Positions 42,225-50,946 are shown, counted from the first letter of the stretch. The stretch is DNA of 57,912 nucleotides from a bacterium (GCA_030700025.1 JAUYKI010000008.1:1-57912); one strand, 5' to 3'. Notes: generated by a model from the sequence alone, not told the origin. Program-made: numbers and translations.

Positions 42225-43748
42225 ATGAAAAAACTCGCTCTTCTTTTAACTATCTTAATTATAGCTTCCTTTTTACGGCTCTACAATTTAACCGACCTGC
42301 CTCCGGGCCTGTATCCGGACGAGGCCATGAACGGCAACAATGCCCTGGAGGCGCGGGCAACCGGCCATTGGAAGGTATTCTATCCAGAAAACAACGGCCG
42401 AGAGGGGCTATTTATTAACATCCAGGGCCTTTTCCTGGCAGTCTTGGGCAACCAGCCATGGGCATTACGCCTGCCCAGCGCTATTTTCGGCATTTTAACG
42501 GTTTTGGGCATTTACTTCTTAACTAAAGAGCTTTTCCAGGAATGGCCCAAAAAGGACCTGGGATTCAAGATGTCCAGGGCAGAAAAACTCGCGCTCTTAG
42601 CCGCCTTTTTTATTGCCGTCAGTTTTTGGCATATTAATTTTTCCCGCATCGGCTTTCGGGCAATTATGGCGCCGCTTTTATTGACCTGGGGAATTTATCT
42701 TTTAATCCGCGCCTTCCGCAAACCGCATTGGTTCGCGCCGATTATTGCCGGTTTTATTTACGGGCTCGGCCTCCATACTTATATCGCCTACCGCGCCACT
42801 CCATTGTTAATAGTCATTTGTTTTTGGTTAATGGTTCGGAAGTATGGCTGGGAACCGGTTTTGAGAATCGGTTTTATTTTTACGGTTATTGCTTTTTTAA
42901 CTTTTCTGCCCTTGGGATTATATTTCTGGGAAAATCCGGCGGAATTTTTCGGAAGAACGACCCAAGTTTCTGTTTTTAACTCCCCTGCTCCGCTAAAAAA
43001 TCTTGGAGAAAATATTTTGAAAACCGCGGGGATGTTTAATTTTTCCGGCGACTGGAATTGGCGGCATAATATCGCCGGACGGCCACTTCTGTTTTGGCCG
43101 GTAGGAATTTTATTTCTGGTAAGTATTTTTTATGGGGTTTATTTAGTGTTCAGGGGTTTTATAATTTCTAATTTGCGATCTCTAATTTCTAAGCAAATCC
43201 CCAACCCCGATAATAACAATCGCCAAAATTTCATAATTTTATTAGCTTGGCTTGTGATAGCCGGGTTGCCGGTAATAGTTTCCAATGAGGGCCTGCCCCA
43301 TGCCCTGCGGGCAATTTTGATGGCCCCGCCGGTGTTTATCATAGCGGCCTTCGGCGGAATAAGCGCTTACGAATTTTTAAAACAGCATTGGAGCCGAAGC
43401 TCGTCCGTCATTGGTTGTTTATTTGTCGCTGTCCTAGTTGTGGAATCTTTTTATTCTTATTTTATAACCTGGGGCAAAAATCCGAATGTCCAGGGAGCAT
43501 TCAGCGCCGATTACATTCAAATCGGCCGGACCTTAAACTCATTGCCGAAAGAACTGCCTAAATACGTGGTTATTCAAGCCGGAGGCGGTTTGGTTCGGGG
43601 AATTCCGATGCCCAGCCAGACGGTAATGTTTATAACCGACAGCTTCACTTCCGAAAAACAGAAAACCAAAAATATAACTTATTTATTGCCCGGGCAAGAA
43701 AATCAAATTCCGGCCAACGAAAAAAATTATATTGCTTATATAAAATAA
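42225..43748 (+). CDS. GT39/ArnT-like (PMT_2) membrane glycosyltransferase
   Basis: N-terminal LPPGLYPDEA loop motif after TM1, and many TM helices. Confidence 0.7.
   Translation: MKKLALLLTILIIASFLRLYNLTDLPPGLYPDEAMNGNNALEARATGHWKVFYPENNGREGLFINIQGLFLAVLGNQPWALRLPSAIFGILTVLGIYFLTKELFQEWPKKDLGFKMSRAEKLALLAAFFIAVSFWHINFSRIGFRAIMAPLLLTWGIYLLIRAFRKPHWFAPIIAGFIYGLGLHTYIAYRATPLLIVICFWLMVRKYGWEPVLRIGFIFTVIAFLTFLPLGLYFWENPAEFFGRTTQVSVFNSPAPLKNLGENILKTAGMFNFSGDWNWRHNIAGRPLLFWPVGILFLVSIFYGVYLVFRGFIISNLRSLISKQIPNPDNNNRQNFIILLAWLVIAGLPVIVSNEGLPHALRAILMAPPVFIIAAFGGISAYEFLKQHWSRSSSVIGCLFVAVLVVESFYSYFITWGKNPNVQGAFSADYIQIGRTLNSLPKELPKYVVIQAGGGLVRGIPMPSQTVMFITDSFTSEKQKTKNITYLLPGQENQIPANEKNYIAYIK
43163..43192. 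repeat. Heptanucleotide tandem array (AATTTCT-like) inside the GT39 gene
   Basis: AATTTCT AATTTGC GATCTCT AATTTCT, encoding IISNLRSLISK. Same unit as the alr array. Confidence 0.75.
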
Positions 43749-43757
43749 CTTAAGACT

Positions 43758-43796
43758 AAAAAATACAAAGCCCCATACGCTAAAAGCGTATGGGGC
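43758..43796 (-). terminator. Rho-independent terminator for the 43881..44486 gene
   Basis: GCCCCATACGC-loop-GCGTATGGGGC followed on the minus strand by TTTGTATTTTTT. Confidence 0.65.
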
Positions 43797-43798
43797 CG

Positions 43799-43857
43799 CA
43801 AAGGTTCAAAAGAACAAAGGGCTAGGCCCAAAGTTCCAAGAACCAAAGTTCAAAGAG
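43799..43857. repeat. Low-complexity 7-8-nt periodic array (CAAAG-containing units)
   Basis: CAAAGGT TCAAAAGA ACAAAGG ... CCAAAGT TCAAAGA, read directly. Confidence 0.6.
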
Positions 43858-43880
43858 CTACTTGTAGTGAGCTTGCCGAA

Positions 43881-44486
43881 CTACTTGCGAACCGCGAGAA
43901 ACCGACAGCGGGAGTCCCACCCGCCGCAGAACCAGCCGAGGTCCAGGTCCCGCTCGACGCCGACACCGCAGAGACACGGCACGCGGCGGTCGCCAATGAA
44001 GCCCCGCCAGACAGAAAGCGAACCAAGCAGGACAATCGGATACTTCCGCTGTTCGTCCGGGTTAGCTTTGGCGTAGGCCAGGCCTTCCGGAAGTTCGGCG
44101 GGGCGATATCCTTCTTTGTCCATTTCTCGGATTGCTTCGTCAGAGTCAATGTCTCGGTTGAAGTGATAAACTTTCATTTCCGCTTCCCCATTGGGACGCC
44201 GGTTGATCTGGAAGTTCTTTTCCGTGATGTCCGAGTTGACGTAGTCAAACCGGCCGTCTTCCTTGATCATGTTGGCGAGAGGGCGGGTGTAGTCGACGAA
44301 CAAACGGACGAGGCCGTCGGCCACTGACCTTACCTTTTCAAACGGATTTTTATGCTCCGCAAACAACTGCAACTGCAATCCTGTTATCTTTCCTTCCCGC
44401 GCTTGACGGATAATGTCCTGGAGCGGGCCCAAGACATCCAGACTCGGCTTTCCAGCCAAGCCATGACGATTTTTTGCCATCGCCAT
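43881..44486 (-). CDS. Hypothetical protein, paralog family A (soluble form). Visibly GC-richer than its neighbours
   Basis: The C-terminal ~130 aa are collinear with the C-terminus of 44775..45458 (DY...I..KNF....F.R.I...E...EM...G..PA...E......P......LGS......VP......L.L....W....F.A..K). Confidence 0.6.
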   Translation of the reverse strand: MAMAKNRHGLAGKPSLDVLGPLQDIIRQAREGKITGLQLQLFAEHKNPFEKVRSVADGLVRLFVDYTRPLANMIKEDGRFDYVNSDITEKNFQINRRPNGEAEMKVYHFNRDIDSDEAIREMDKEGYRPAELPEGLAYAKANPDEQRKYPIVLLGSLSVWRGFIGDRRVPCLCGVGVERDLDLGWFCGGWDSRCRFLAVRK

Positions 44487-44619
44487 ATCCTCCTCGCCCC
44501 GTTCTACGGGGCTTGTTATTTAAGTTGCTCCGGCTGCTAACCGAAGCGCCCCACAGCTTGTATGAGGCCGCGGACCAACCGATTATGAAATAAATATTAA
44601 AGTATTAAAGAACGAATAT

Positions 44620-44648
44620 ATGTTATCAATATTTCTTTAATCTGTCAA
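44620..44648 (-). promoter_or_regulatory. Candidate promoter for 43881..44486
   Basis: Minus strand TTGACA, 17 nt, TAACAT. The -35 abuts the 36-bp palindrome. Confidence 0.3.
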
Positions 44649-44649
44649 C

Positions 44650-44685
44650 CTATACTTATTCTCGCCATGGCGAGAATAAGTATAG
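44650..44685. promoter_or_regulatory. Perfect 36-bp palindrome between divergent promoters (candidate shared operator)
   Basis: CTATACTTATTCTCGCCATGGCGAGAATAAGTATAG. Confidence 0.6.
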
Positions 44686-44710
44686 TGTAATAAAGTAAAA
44701 AATCAAAAAA

Positions 44711-44739
44711 TTGACAATTTAGCTTTAATAAGTTAATAT
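44711..44739 (+). promoter_or_regulatory. Candidate promoter for 44775..45458
   Basis: TTGACA, 17 nt, TAATAT. AAAGGAG Shine-Dalgarno before the ATG. Confidence 0.4.
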
Positions 44740-44774
44740 ATACCCACTAGTTCTTTCCCAAAAAGGAGCCACTA

Positions 44775-45458
44775 ATGATCTTAGGCGCGATGGCGATTGC
44801 TCTTGGCCTGTGGATGGCGTTGTCTATTAGGGAGGAAAAGAAGCGGGATGTTTTTGCTGTTGCTGCTTACATCTTTGCCTATCTAGTCCCCCTTTCCTGT
44901 TTTCTAGTGGGAGTCCTGGCAATCTCAGAAGCAATGAATACATCGGCGAAAAAGCCGGAATTAACTCCCAATCACAAATCGACCGTTGCCGAGAAATCCG
45001 TCAACCGTCCAACTCCGGCAAGTCCGGATCAAGTTGTCCGGCGAATTACCATTAACTACGACGCCCCGGTTGAGTGGCTGATAGAAAACGGCAATTACGC
45101 CTGGCGCAATAGATTAATCAGCTCTAAGAATTTTCCCAATTACCGCACCGGCCTTCAAACCGCCGAAATCCATATTATTAGTTTTTCCCGGACCATCAGC
45201 ACCGGCGAAGTATTCAAGGAAATGTTTCTTCTCGGGCTGTTGCCTGCCAGCGCTCATGAACTCCTGACTCTCAAACTCAGGCATCCCGATCTTATAGTTT
45301 CTAAAACTTTGGTGGCGCTGGGCTCTTACTATCAGCGCGAAGAAAACAGAATTCTAGTGCCGGCAATTTACCTGGAAAATGATTTAGCGATTCTGAGCCT
45401 TCGGCCGGAAAATATCCGCTGGACTGCCGATTATTGTTTTGTTGCTATTAAAGAATAA
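44775..45458 (+). CDS. Hypothetical protein, paralog family A (two-TM anchored form)
   Basis: Two N-terminal TM helices, then a domain collinear with 43881..44486. Confidence 0.6.
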   Translation: MILGAMAIALGLWMALSIREEKKRDVFAVAAYIFAYLVPLSCFLVGVLAISEAMNTSAKKPELTPNHKSTVAEKSVNRPTPASPDQVVRRITINYDAPVEWLIENGNYAWRNRLISSKNFPNYRTGLQTAEIHIISFSRTISTGEVFKEMFLLGLLPASAHELLTLKLRHPDLIVSKTLVALGSYYQREENRILVPAIYLENDLAILSLRPENIRWTADYCFVAIKE

Positions 45459-45462
45459 ATTT

Positions 45463-45495
45463 AAAAACCGAGAATTATCTCGGTTTTATTTTTTA
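45463..45495 (+). terminator. Rho-independent terminator
   Basis: AAAAACCGAGA-ATTA-TCTCGGTTTTATTTTTT. Confidence 0.75.
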
Positions 45496-45531
45496 CCTAT
45501 ATGTACCAAAGTGTAGGCTATGTCTTTTGAA

Positions 45532-45621
45532 GGAACATCCCGCAGGCGTATTTTGCTTGGACCACAAAATATGCCGAGGGCGAAGAAAAATCAGCCGCTG
45601 GAGCTGATTTATTCTGTTTCC
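45532..45621 (-). repeat. Copy 3 of the ~90-nt two-hairpin repeat, 3' of the 45645..45866 gene
   Basis: About one mismatch versus copy 1 over the core. Confidence 0.8.
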
Positions 45622-45644
45622 CGAAAAAGATATAGCCGGAGCCC

Positions 45645-45866
45645 TCAAATGAAGTATAGCGGTCCGGTATAAGCTGATCCAACCCAAAATCCAACCAGGT
45701 ACGCGAACATGACCACCACAACCAATAAAATAGAGGCCCAAATCAGAAAAACCATTCCCAATTTATATTTCTTACTAATCAGTAAAGCTCCAGCCGCCAA
45801 AGCCGGCTGTAAAATGGCAAAGACCATTAAGCCAATGGCTATCAGCGACCCCCATTTCAGTCCCAT
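45645..45866 (-). CDS. Small two-TM membrane protein (start moved to MGLKWG, GGAGGA Shine-Dalgarno)
   Basis: 73 aa with two hydrophobic helices. The longer track ORF has no SD and overlaps the divergent gene. Confidence 0.5.
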   Translation of the reverse strand: MGLKWGSLIAIGLMVFAILQPALAAGALLISKKYKLGMVFLIWASILLVVVVMFAYLVGFWVGSAYTGPLYFI

Positions 45867-45895
45867 GTTATCCTCCGGAATTTGCCGTGAACTGA

Positions 45896-45924
45896 TTGTA
45901 TTGTACAACAAAATACGATATAAT
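45896..45924 (+). promoter_or_regulatory. Candidate promoter for 45952..46392
   Basis: TTGTAT, 17 nt, TATAAT. Confidence 0.4.
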
Positions 45925-45951
45925 AACAAACGTTGTTCTTTAAATTTGAGA

Positions 45952-46392
45952 ATGGAGCAGAACATGAAAGAAATAGAAATGCTGGTGGATTTAACCGCGC
46001 ATGCTCAGAGCGTATTTATCATGCTGGGAGTCTTGATATTGATTCTCGGAGTTTTTTGTTTGTGGGCCCGCGCCGCGGAAGACGGAAAAAAGATTTTCCC
46101 CGTTAGTTTTGGCATTCTTTGTCTGGTCTTTGGATTATTTCTTTCGGCGGGGTTAGGTTATGTTTTACCCGCGTTGAATGGAAAATCGCCTTATAAAGTC
46201 GTTGTTCAGGGCGTTTATCAAGAAGCAACTTATCATAATTCCGGCGGGCTTTTTAGCTATGCTTACACGGTTATTCATTTTAATGACGGCAGCACTTATT
46301 TGATCATGGGCCGGCACAATGTCCCATTTTCCAAAAATACTACTATTGTTGTTGAGCAAAATAAACGATATTTAAAAATACGGGGCCGATAA
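45952..46392 (+). CDS. Hypothetical two-TM membrane protein (start moved to MEQNMKE)
   Basis: The upstream 81 codons of track ORF 45709..46392 overlap the opposite-strand gene and the promoter. Confidence 0.5.
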   Translation: MEQNMKEIEMLVDLTAHAQSVFIMLGVLILILGVFCLWARAAEDGKKIFPVSFGILCLVFGLFLSAGLGYVLPALNGKSPYKVVVQGVYQEATYHNSGGLFSYAYTVIHFNDGSTYLIMGRHNVPFSKNTTIVVEQNKRYLKIRGR

Positions 46393-46407
46393 AGATTGTT
46401 AAATTAT

Positions 46408-46435
46408 AAAACCTCGCTTCAAGCGAGGTTTTTTC
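46408..46435. terminator. Bidirectional rho-independent terminator
   Basis: AAAACCTCGC-TTCAA-GCGAGGTTTTTT. Confidence 0.75.
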
Positions 46436-46440
46436 TTAGT

Positions 46441-47661
46441 TTAAACAGTAAACATTCCGTTCTCGTAAATGAGTTTCCGCGAACCGTCTTTCAGCCGGGC
46501 AACCACCGTTCTCGGAGTCGTGGAAACGATATCCGTATGCACGGAAGACTGATTGAACCCCAACCGTTCCATTTCTTCGTCGGTCAGCGACGCCTGATCG
46601 CCCCGGTAACAATCGCGGTAAGCGCTGCCAAGCGCGATATGCGTATTGCCATGCCCGTGGACGCCGGCAGTATTTTCGTCATAAAGAGTTTCCGCCATAA
46701 ATTTGGAAATGCGGGAAAACCTTTTATCGGTCAGCGAAAACTCGCCGACTTTATTGGCATTTTCCGTTTCCACCATCGCCCGCAAAACTTCCTCATTCTT
46801 ATCCGCGCTCAAGCGAGTTACCGTTCCGCCGGCAAATTCCAGCCTGATTCCTTCAATCAAATTGCCGTAGCGGTAAAGAGGCTGGTCAAAACGAATCCAC
46901 CCTTCGGTGCCGCGCCAGTCCGGAGATGTAAATAATTCAAAGCTCGGAATATTCCGTCCGGAACCGCCGATAAATTGGCGCCTCTCTCCAAGCCAAATCC
47001 GCAGATCAACATCATCGCCAACGATATGCGCAGATTCAATATCTAAAGCATTCAACCGATCCCGGACCGCGTAAAGCTCTCTGTAAACTTCCTGCCAGCG
47101 TGCGATTGGATTTTCCTCATCTAAAAAGCAAGTACGGGTAATTTGGTCCCAATATTCCTCCAACGGCATCCGCGCTTCGCGGGCCATTGCTTCGGTTCCA
47201 AAAAGCGCGAGCGTCCAGCTGAATTTCCCACGGCTCTCTTTGACATCACGCCATTCCATATACGGATGCATCGCCTTACCTTGTGCCATAATTTTGGCGG
47301 GATCCACGCCGCGAAGTTCATACGGACTAGTATCGGCCATAATGGCAGCCATATGATCAACCTGATCAATTAAACCGCGGTAAAATTTATCCGGGAAAAA
47401 ATTAATCTGCTCTTCCGACGCCATTTCAAAAAAATCGCGCCTTGGAGAAAAACTTTTGTCCGCGGACGGAGTATAAAACGGGATCACGTGCCCGCCGGCC
47501 TTCAAAATCGCCCTCTGCATCGCCGCGTAAAGCGGACGCGCTGCTTCGGGAGCCCGAAGCCAAACGACCTCGCCCTTCTTAATTCCCGTTCCACCGCCTA
47601 AGGCAAAATTCACCAGAACATCAGCGTACCGTTCCATGATCTTCGCGGACGGCGTAAACAT
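46441..47661 (-). CDS. M29 family aminopeptidase (AmpS/PepS-like)
   Basis: Overall N-terminal pattern (ERYADVLVNFAL......GE.V.......A..L..A..RA.L.AGG) and C-terminal HIALG...... resemble aminopeptidase T/S. Confidence 0.7.
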   Translation of the reverse strand: MFTPSAKIMERYADVLVNFALGGGTGIKKGEVVWLRAPEAARPLYAAMQRAILKAGGHVIPFYTPSADKSFSPRRDFFEMASEEQINFFPDKFYRGLIDQVDHMAAIMADTSPYELRGVDPAKIMAQGKAMHPYMEWRDVKESRGKFSWTLALFGTEAMAREARMPLEEYWDQITRTCFLDEENPIARWQEVYRELYAVRDRLNALDIESAHIVGDDVDLRIWLGERRQFIGGSGRNIPSFELFTSPDWRGTEGWIRFDQPLYRYGNLIEGIRLEFAGGTVTRLSADKNEEVLRAMVETENANKVGEFSLTDKRFSRISKFMAETLYDENTAGVHGHGNTHIALGSAYRDCYRGDQASLTDEEMERLGFNQSSVHTDIVSTTPRTVVARLKDGSRKLIYENGMFTV

Positions 47662-47730
47662 TCTCTGCCTCCCTATGCAGTTATTAACGAACTTGGAGGG
47701 ATTATATCAGATTTAAAGATTTTTGTCCAA

Positions 47731-48750
47731 TCAGCCGTGTTTTATTTCCATCACATCCCCGTCTTGCACAACGTATTCTTTTCCTTCCAAACGCAGTTGG
47801 CCTTTTGGCTTAGCCGCGGCCCAGCTTCCTACCTCCAGTAATTTCTGCCAATGAATTACTTCCGCTTTCACGAATTTCTTTTCAAAATCAGTATGAATCA
47901 CGCCCGCGGCTTGCGGCGCCTTCGCTCCCCGTTCAATAGTCCACGCCCGAGTTTCGTCTTCACCGGTGGTAAAAAAACTGATCAATCCTAAAATTTCATA
48001 AGATTTTCTGATTAATCCGCCGAGATCCGCCGACTGGCTCAAATCCATTACAACATAATCTGCTCCCTGGCCCTTTATCTTTTCCAGTAAAGCCGGCGAA
48101 GCGTCTTCCGGCTTGCCGTTTAAAAGATAAATAATCGGCTTGGCGGTTAATAAGCTCAATTCTTTCATTCGGACATTCTTGAGAATGTTGGAATGTTTTT
48201 CGATGTTTAATAGTTCGCCTTTTTCTAAAACTAATCTGGCTTGCTGTAACGCTTCTAAATCTTCTTTAGCCTGTTTATTTCCAGTACGCGCCTCGCCCTC
48301 TGCTTTTTTGTAAACTTTTTCAATCGTGTCTAAATCTTTCAAGGCCAGCTCGGTATTGATAATTTCCATATCCCGGACCGGGTCCACGGTTTGTTCCACG
48401 TGGATAATTTCTCCGTCCGGAAAGCAGCGCAGGACTTCCACAATCGCGTTGGTTTCCCGGATATGAGTTAAAAATTGATTGCCCAAGCCCTCGCCTTTGT
48501 TGGCGCCTTTCACTAAACCGGCAATATCATAAAATTCCACCACCGCGGGAATTTTCTTTTTAGACTTGCTCATCTCCGCCAGCTTATCCACCCGCTCGTC
48601 CGGCACCGGCACTACGCCGATATTCGGATCAATGGTCGCAAAAGGATAATTGGCGATGTTTACCTCCACCTTCGTCAGGGCTTTAAAAAGCGTGGACTTA
48701 CCGACGTTCGGCAGGCCGACAATACCGATTGAAAGTTTCATATAAGCCAA
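47731..48750 (-). CDS. ychF: Ribosome-binding ATPase YchF/OLA1
   Basis: GIVGLPNVGKSTLFKALT.....ANYPFATIDPN.G.V.VPD.R, and a C-terminal TGS-like IHTDFEK.F..AEVI. Confidence 0.9.
   Translation of the reverse strand: MAYMKLSIGIVGLPNVGKSTLFKALTKVEVNIANYPFATIDPNIGVVPVPDERVDKLAEMSKSKKKIPAVVEFYDIAGLVKGANKGEGLGNQFLTHIRETNAIVEVLRCFPDGEIIHVEQTVDPVRDMEIINTELALKDLDTIEKVYKKAEGEARTGNKQAKEDLEALQQARLVLEKGELLNIEKHSNILKNVRMKELSLLTAKPIIYLLNGKPEDASPALLEKIKGQGADYVVMDLSQSADLGGLIRKSYEILGLISFFTTGEDETRAWTIERGAKAPQAAGVIHTDFEKKFVKAEVIHWQKLLEVGSWAAAKPKGQLRLEGKEYVVQDGDVMEIKHG
48166..48197. repeat. Palindrome family copy (type B-like, imperfect) inside the ychF coding sequence
   Basis: CATTCGGACATTCTTGAGAATGTTGGAATGTT, encoding EKHSNILKNVRMK. 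Confidence 0.8.
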
Positions 48751-48814
48751 TAGATTACCATAATGTTATAATTAGGAAAAGGTCGTTAAAAACGTTTCTA
48801 AACATTTTAACTAC

Positions 48815-49063
48815 ATGGAACTTAAACCTAAAGCTCTTGGATTAACCGTAGGATTATTAAGTGGCGCTGGATGGCTAGTAATGATGGGTGTATCCCTGCT
48901 AACCGGATTTGGAACCAGAACCCTGCATACCTTCGGCTCATTTCACCCGTGGTTCTCCTATTCCTGGACTGGCTTAGTTTGGATGGTGATCCTGCACTTG
49001 GTAGCCGGATATGTGCTCGGTTTGATATTCGCTTCAGTATATAACTGGGCTCTGAAAAAATAG
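48815..49063 (+). CDS. Small membrane protein (2-3 TM)
   Basis: 82 aa, hydrophobic throughout. Confidence 0.5.
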   Translation: MELKPKALGLTVGLLSGAGWLVMMGVSLLTGFGTRTLHTFGSFHPWFSYSWTGLVWMVILHLVAGYVLGLIFASVYNWALKK

Positions 49064-49078
49064 AGCCTAAAGATTATA

Positions 49079-49116
49079 AAAAATAACCCAGACATTGCGT
49101 TGGGGTTATTTTTTTA
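49079..49116 (+). terminator. Rho-independent terminator
   Basis: AATAACCCA-loop-TGGGGTTATTTTTTT. Confidence 0.6.
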
Positions 49117-49159
49117 ATACAATAATCACAAGCACTTTAATAACTCAAAGGAGGCGGAT

Positions 49160-50263
49160 ATGAAAACCATCGTCCTGACTGGCGGTCCCTGCGCCGGCAA
49201 AACCACTGCCCGTAATTATCTTTATGAAAAACTGTCCGATATGGGATTCTCTGTTATTTTCATGCCGGAAATACCCACGCTGGTTATTAACGCCGGACTT
49301 GATCCGCGCGATCCCAATAAACGATTCAGCCGTCTGGAATTCCAGAATTTCCTGCTTCAGCTTCAAATCCAATCCGAAGAAGCTTTTAAAAAAGCCCTAA
49401 AAATCAAAGGCGGAGAAAAACGGATAATTATTTTTGACCGCGGAGCCATGGATTTCCGCGCCTACACCGAACCGGACGAGTTCAAAGAAATTCTACGGCG
49501 CAATAACTGGAATATCGTCCAGCTTCGCGACGAGCGTTATGACGCGGTATTCCATCTGGTAACGGCCGCTGAAGGAGCTCCGGAATTTTATAACTTAAAC
49601 AATCCGGCTCGTTTGGAAAATCCGGATCAGGCCAAAGAAACCGACTGCAAAACCAAACAGGCTTGGCTGGGACATCCGCATTTGCGGGTCATAGATAATT
49701 CCACGGGCTTTGACGATAAAATGAAACGTCTGCTGAACGAAGTCCGCCGGACGCTCGGCGTGCCCGCGGCTATTGAAACCGAGAGAAAATTTTTGGTTAC
49801 CAACGCTGTTACTCCGGACGCGATTCCCGTGCCGATGCAAATCATAGAAATTGAACAGTTCTACATCGCGGGCGCTTCGGTCCGATTCCGCCGCCGCAGC
49901 CAGGGCTGCCATGGAACGGTTTATTACCGGACGGAAAAACTGGATACCGATTCCCCGCTTTCCCGGATCGAAACCGAAACCCAGGTAACTGCCAGAGAAT
50001 ACTATCAGGCGTTAGCCCAAAAGAATCCGGAAACGGACATTATTCAAAAACTCCGGGCTTGCTTCCTGCATCAAAACCAGTATTTTGAACTGGATATTTT
50101 CATCAATCCCGCGAGATTGCGATGGCTGACGCTTTTGGAAATTGAATTGACCGAAGAAAACGATAAAATTGAAATTCCGGACTGGCTCCTGCCGGTTACG
50201 GAAGTTACCGCCGACCCGAGATATAAAAACTTTGAATTAGCCCGAGCTCTGCCCCGCCGATAA
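49160..50263 (+). CDS. Fusion of a P-loop NTPase/kinase-like domain (AAA_28/NadR-like) with a C-terminal CYTH (triphosphate tunnel metalloenzyme) domain
   Basis: Walker A LTGGPCAGKTT and FDRGAMD. The CYTH signature IETERKFLV (ExExK) starts the C-terminal half. Confidence 0.6.
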   Translation: MKTIVLTGGPCAGKTTARNYLYEKLSDMGFSVIFMPEIPTLVINAGLDPRDPNKRFSRLEFQNFLLQLQIQSEEAFKKALKIKGGEKRIIIFDRGAMDFRAYTEPDEFKEILRRNNWNIVQLRDERYDAVFHLVTAAEGAPEFYNLNNPARLENPDQAKETDCKTKQAWLGHPHLRVIDNSTGFDDKMKRLLNEVRRTLGVPAAIETERKFLVTNAVTPDAIPVPMQIIEIEQFYIAGASVRFRRRSQGCHGTVYYRTEKLDTDSPLSRIETETQVTAREYYQALAQKNPETDIIQKLRACFLHQNQYFELDIFINPARLRWLTLLEIELTEENDKIEIPDWLLPVTEVTADPRYKNFELARALPRR

Positions 50264-50269
50264 AAAAAT

Positions 50270-50293
50270 AAACCTCGCATTGCGAGGTTTTTA
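50270..50293 (+). terminator. Rho-independent terminator
   Basis: AACCTCG-CATTG-CGAGGTTTTT. Confidence 0.6.
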
Positions 50294-50336
50294 CATTCAA
50301 CCATCAGCGCGAGGCTAATTATTACCAACTAATCTT

Positions 50337-50543
50337 TTACCATCCTGTCTCTCCCCCGTCACTATCCGTTGTTTCGAGTACGTACACGCCAAAGAATAAG
50401 GCTAAGACTAATGCGATAAATGGCAATATGAAAAACAATATAAAACAACTAATCAAGTAAACCCCCAAAAAATAACAATCAGTCTTTCGATAACAATCAG
50501 TCCTTCGACGAGTTTTCGCTTTTGTGCCCCTCCTGCGCGCCAT
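50337..50543 (-). CDS. Tiny membrane protein with an Arg-rich N-terminus
   Basis: Consensus-like promoter and GGAG Shine-Dalgarno upstream. One or two TM helices. Confidence 0.45.
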   Translation of the reverse strand: MARRRGTKAKTRRRTDCYRKTDCYFLGVYLISCFILFFILPFIALVLALFFGVYVLETTDSDGGETGW

Positions 50544-50579
50544 TATCTTCTCCTTTTTCGATTTTTAAATTACGGTAAT

Positions 50580-50608
50580 AGTATAATTCATGATTTCGCT
50601 TGTGTCAA
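50580..50608 (-). promoter_or_regulatory. Candidate promoter for 50337..50543
   Basis: Minus strand TTGACA, 17 nt, TATACT. Confidence 0.45.
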
Positions 50609-50669
50609 GTACTTAATGTTATAAAAAACACCCCCCAACTTTCGTTGAGGGGTTCGGGATAAACCCGAG

Positions 50670-50900
50670 TTAGCACCGCTTCCGCTGGGGTTCCTCCTGG
50701 CAGAGGAAGTACAGAACCTGCGCGCCCACCGCGAGAACACCCGCAAAGCACGCCGCCAGAAGCCACCAATTGGGAGAGGTATTGTCGGAAGCAGGCATGG
50801 CGCTAAACCAAGCGTAAACACTCACGCTCAGGCCGAATGCCAGGGGAACTCCGGCCAGGACCGAAAGGGTCTTCTTCCAGAACCGCTTCAGCTTCTTCAT
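50670..50900 (-). CDS. Tiny two-TM membrane protein
   Basis: Perfect consensus promoter and GGAGG Shine-Dalgarno upstream. Confidence 0.5.
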   Translation of the reverse strand: MKKLKRFWKKTLSVLAGVPLAFGLSVSVYAWFSAMPASDNTSPNWWLLAACFAGVLAVGAQVLYFLCQEEPQRKRC

Positions 50901-50946
50901 TGATTGCCTCCTTGGAAGGTTAAATGCCGTTTAAGGATCTATAAGT

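Noticed and set aside
45709-45951. Long N-terminal extension of the 45952..46392 ORF (track ORF 45709..46392)
   Set aside because: The extension overlaps the opposite-strand membrane-protein gene and a near-consensus promoter (45896..45924). It is low-complexity and lacks a ribosome-binding site.
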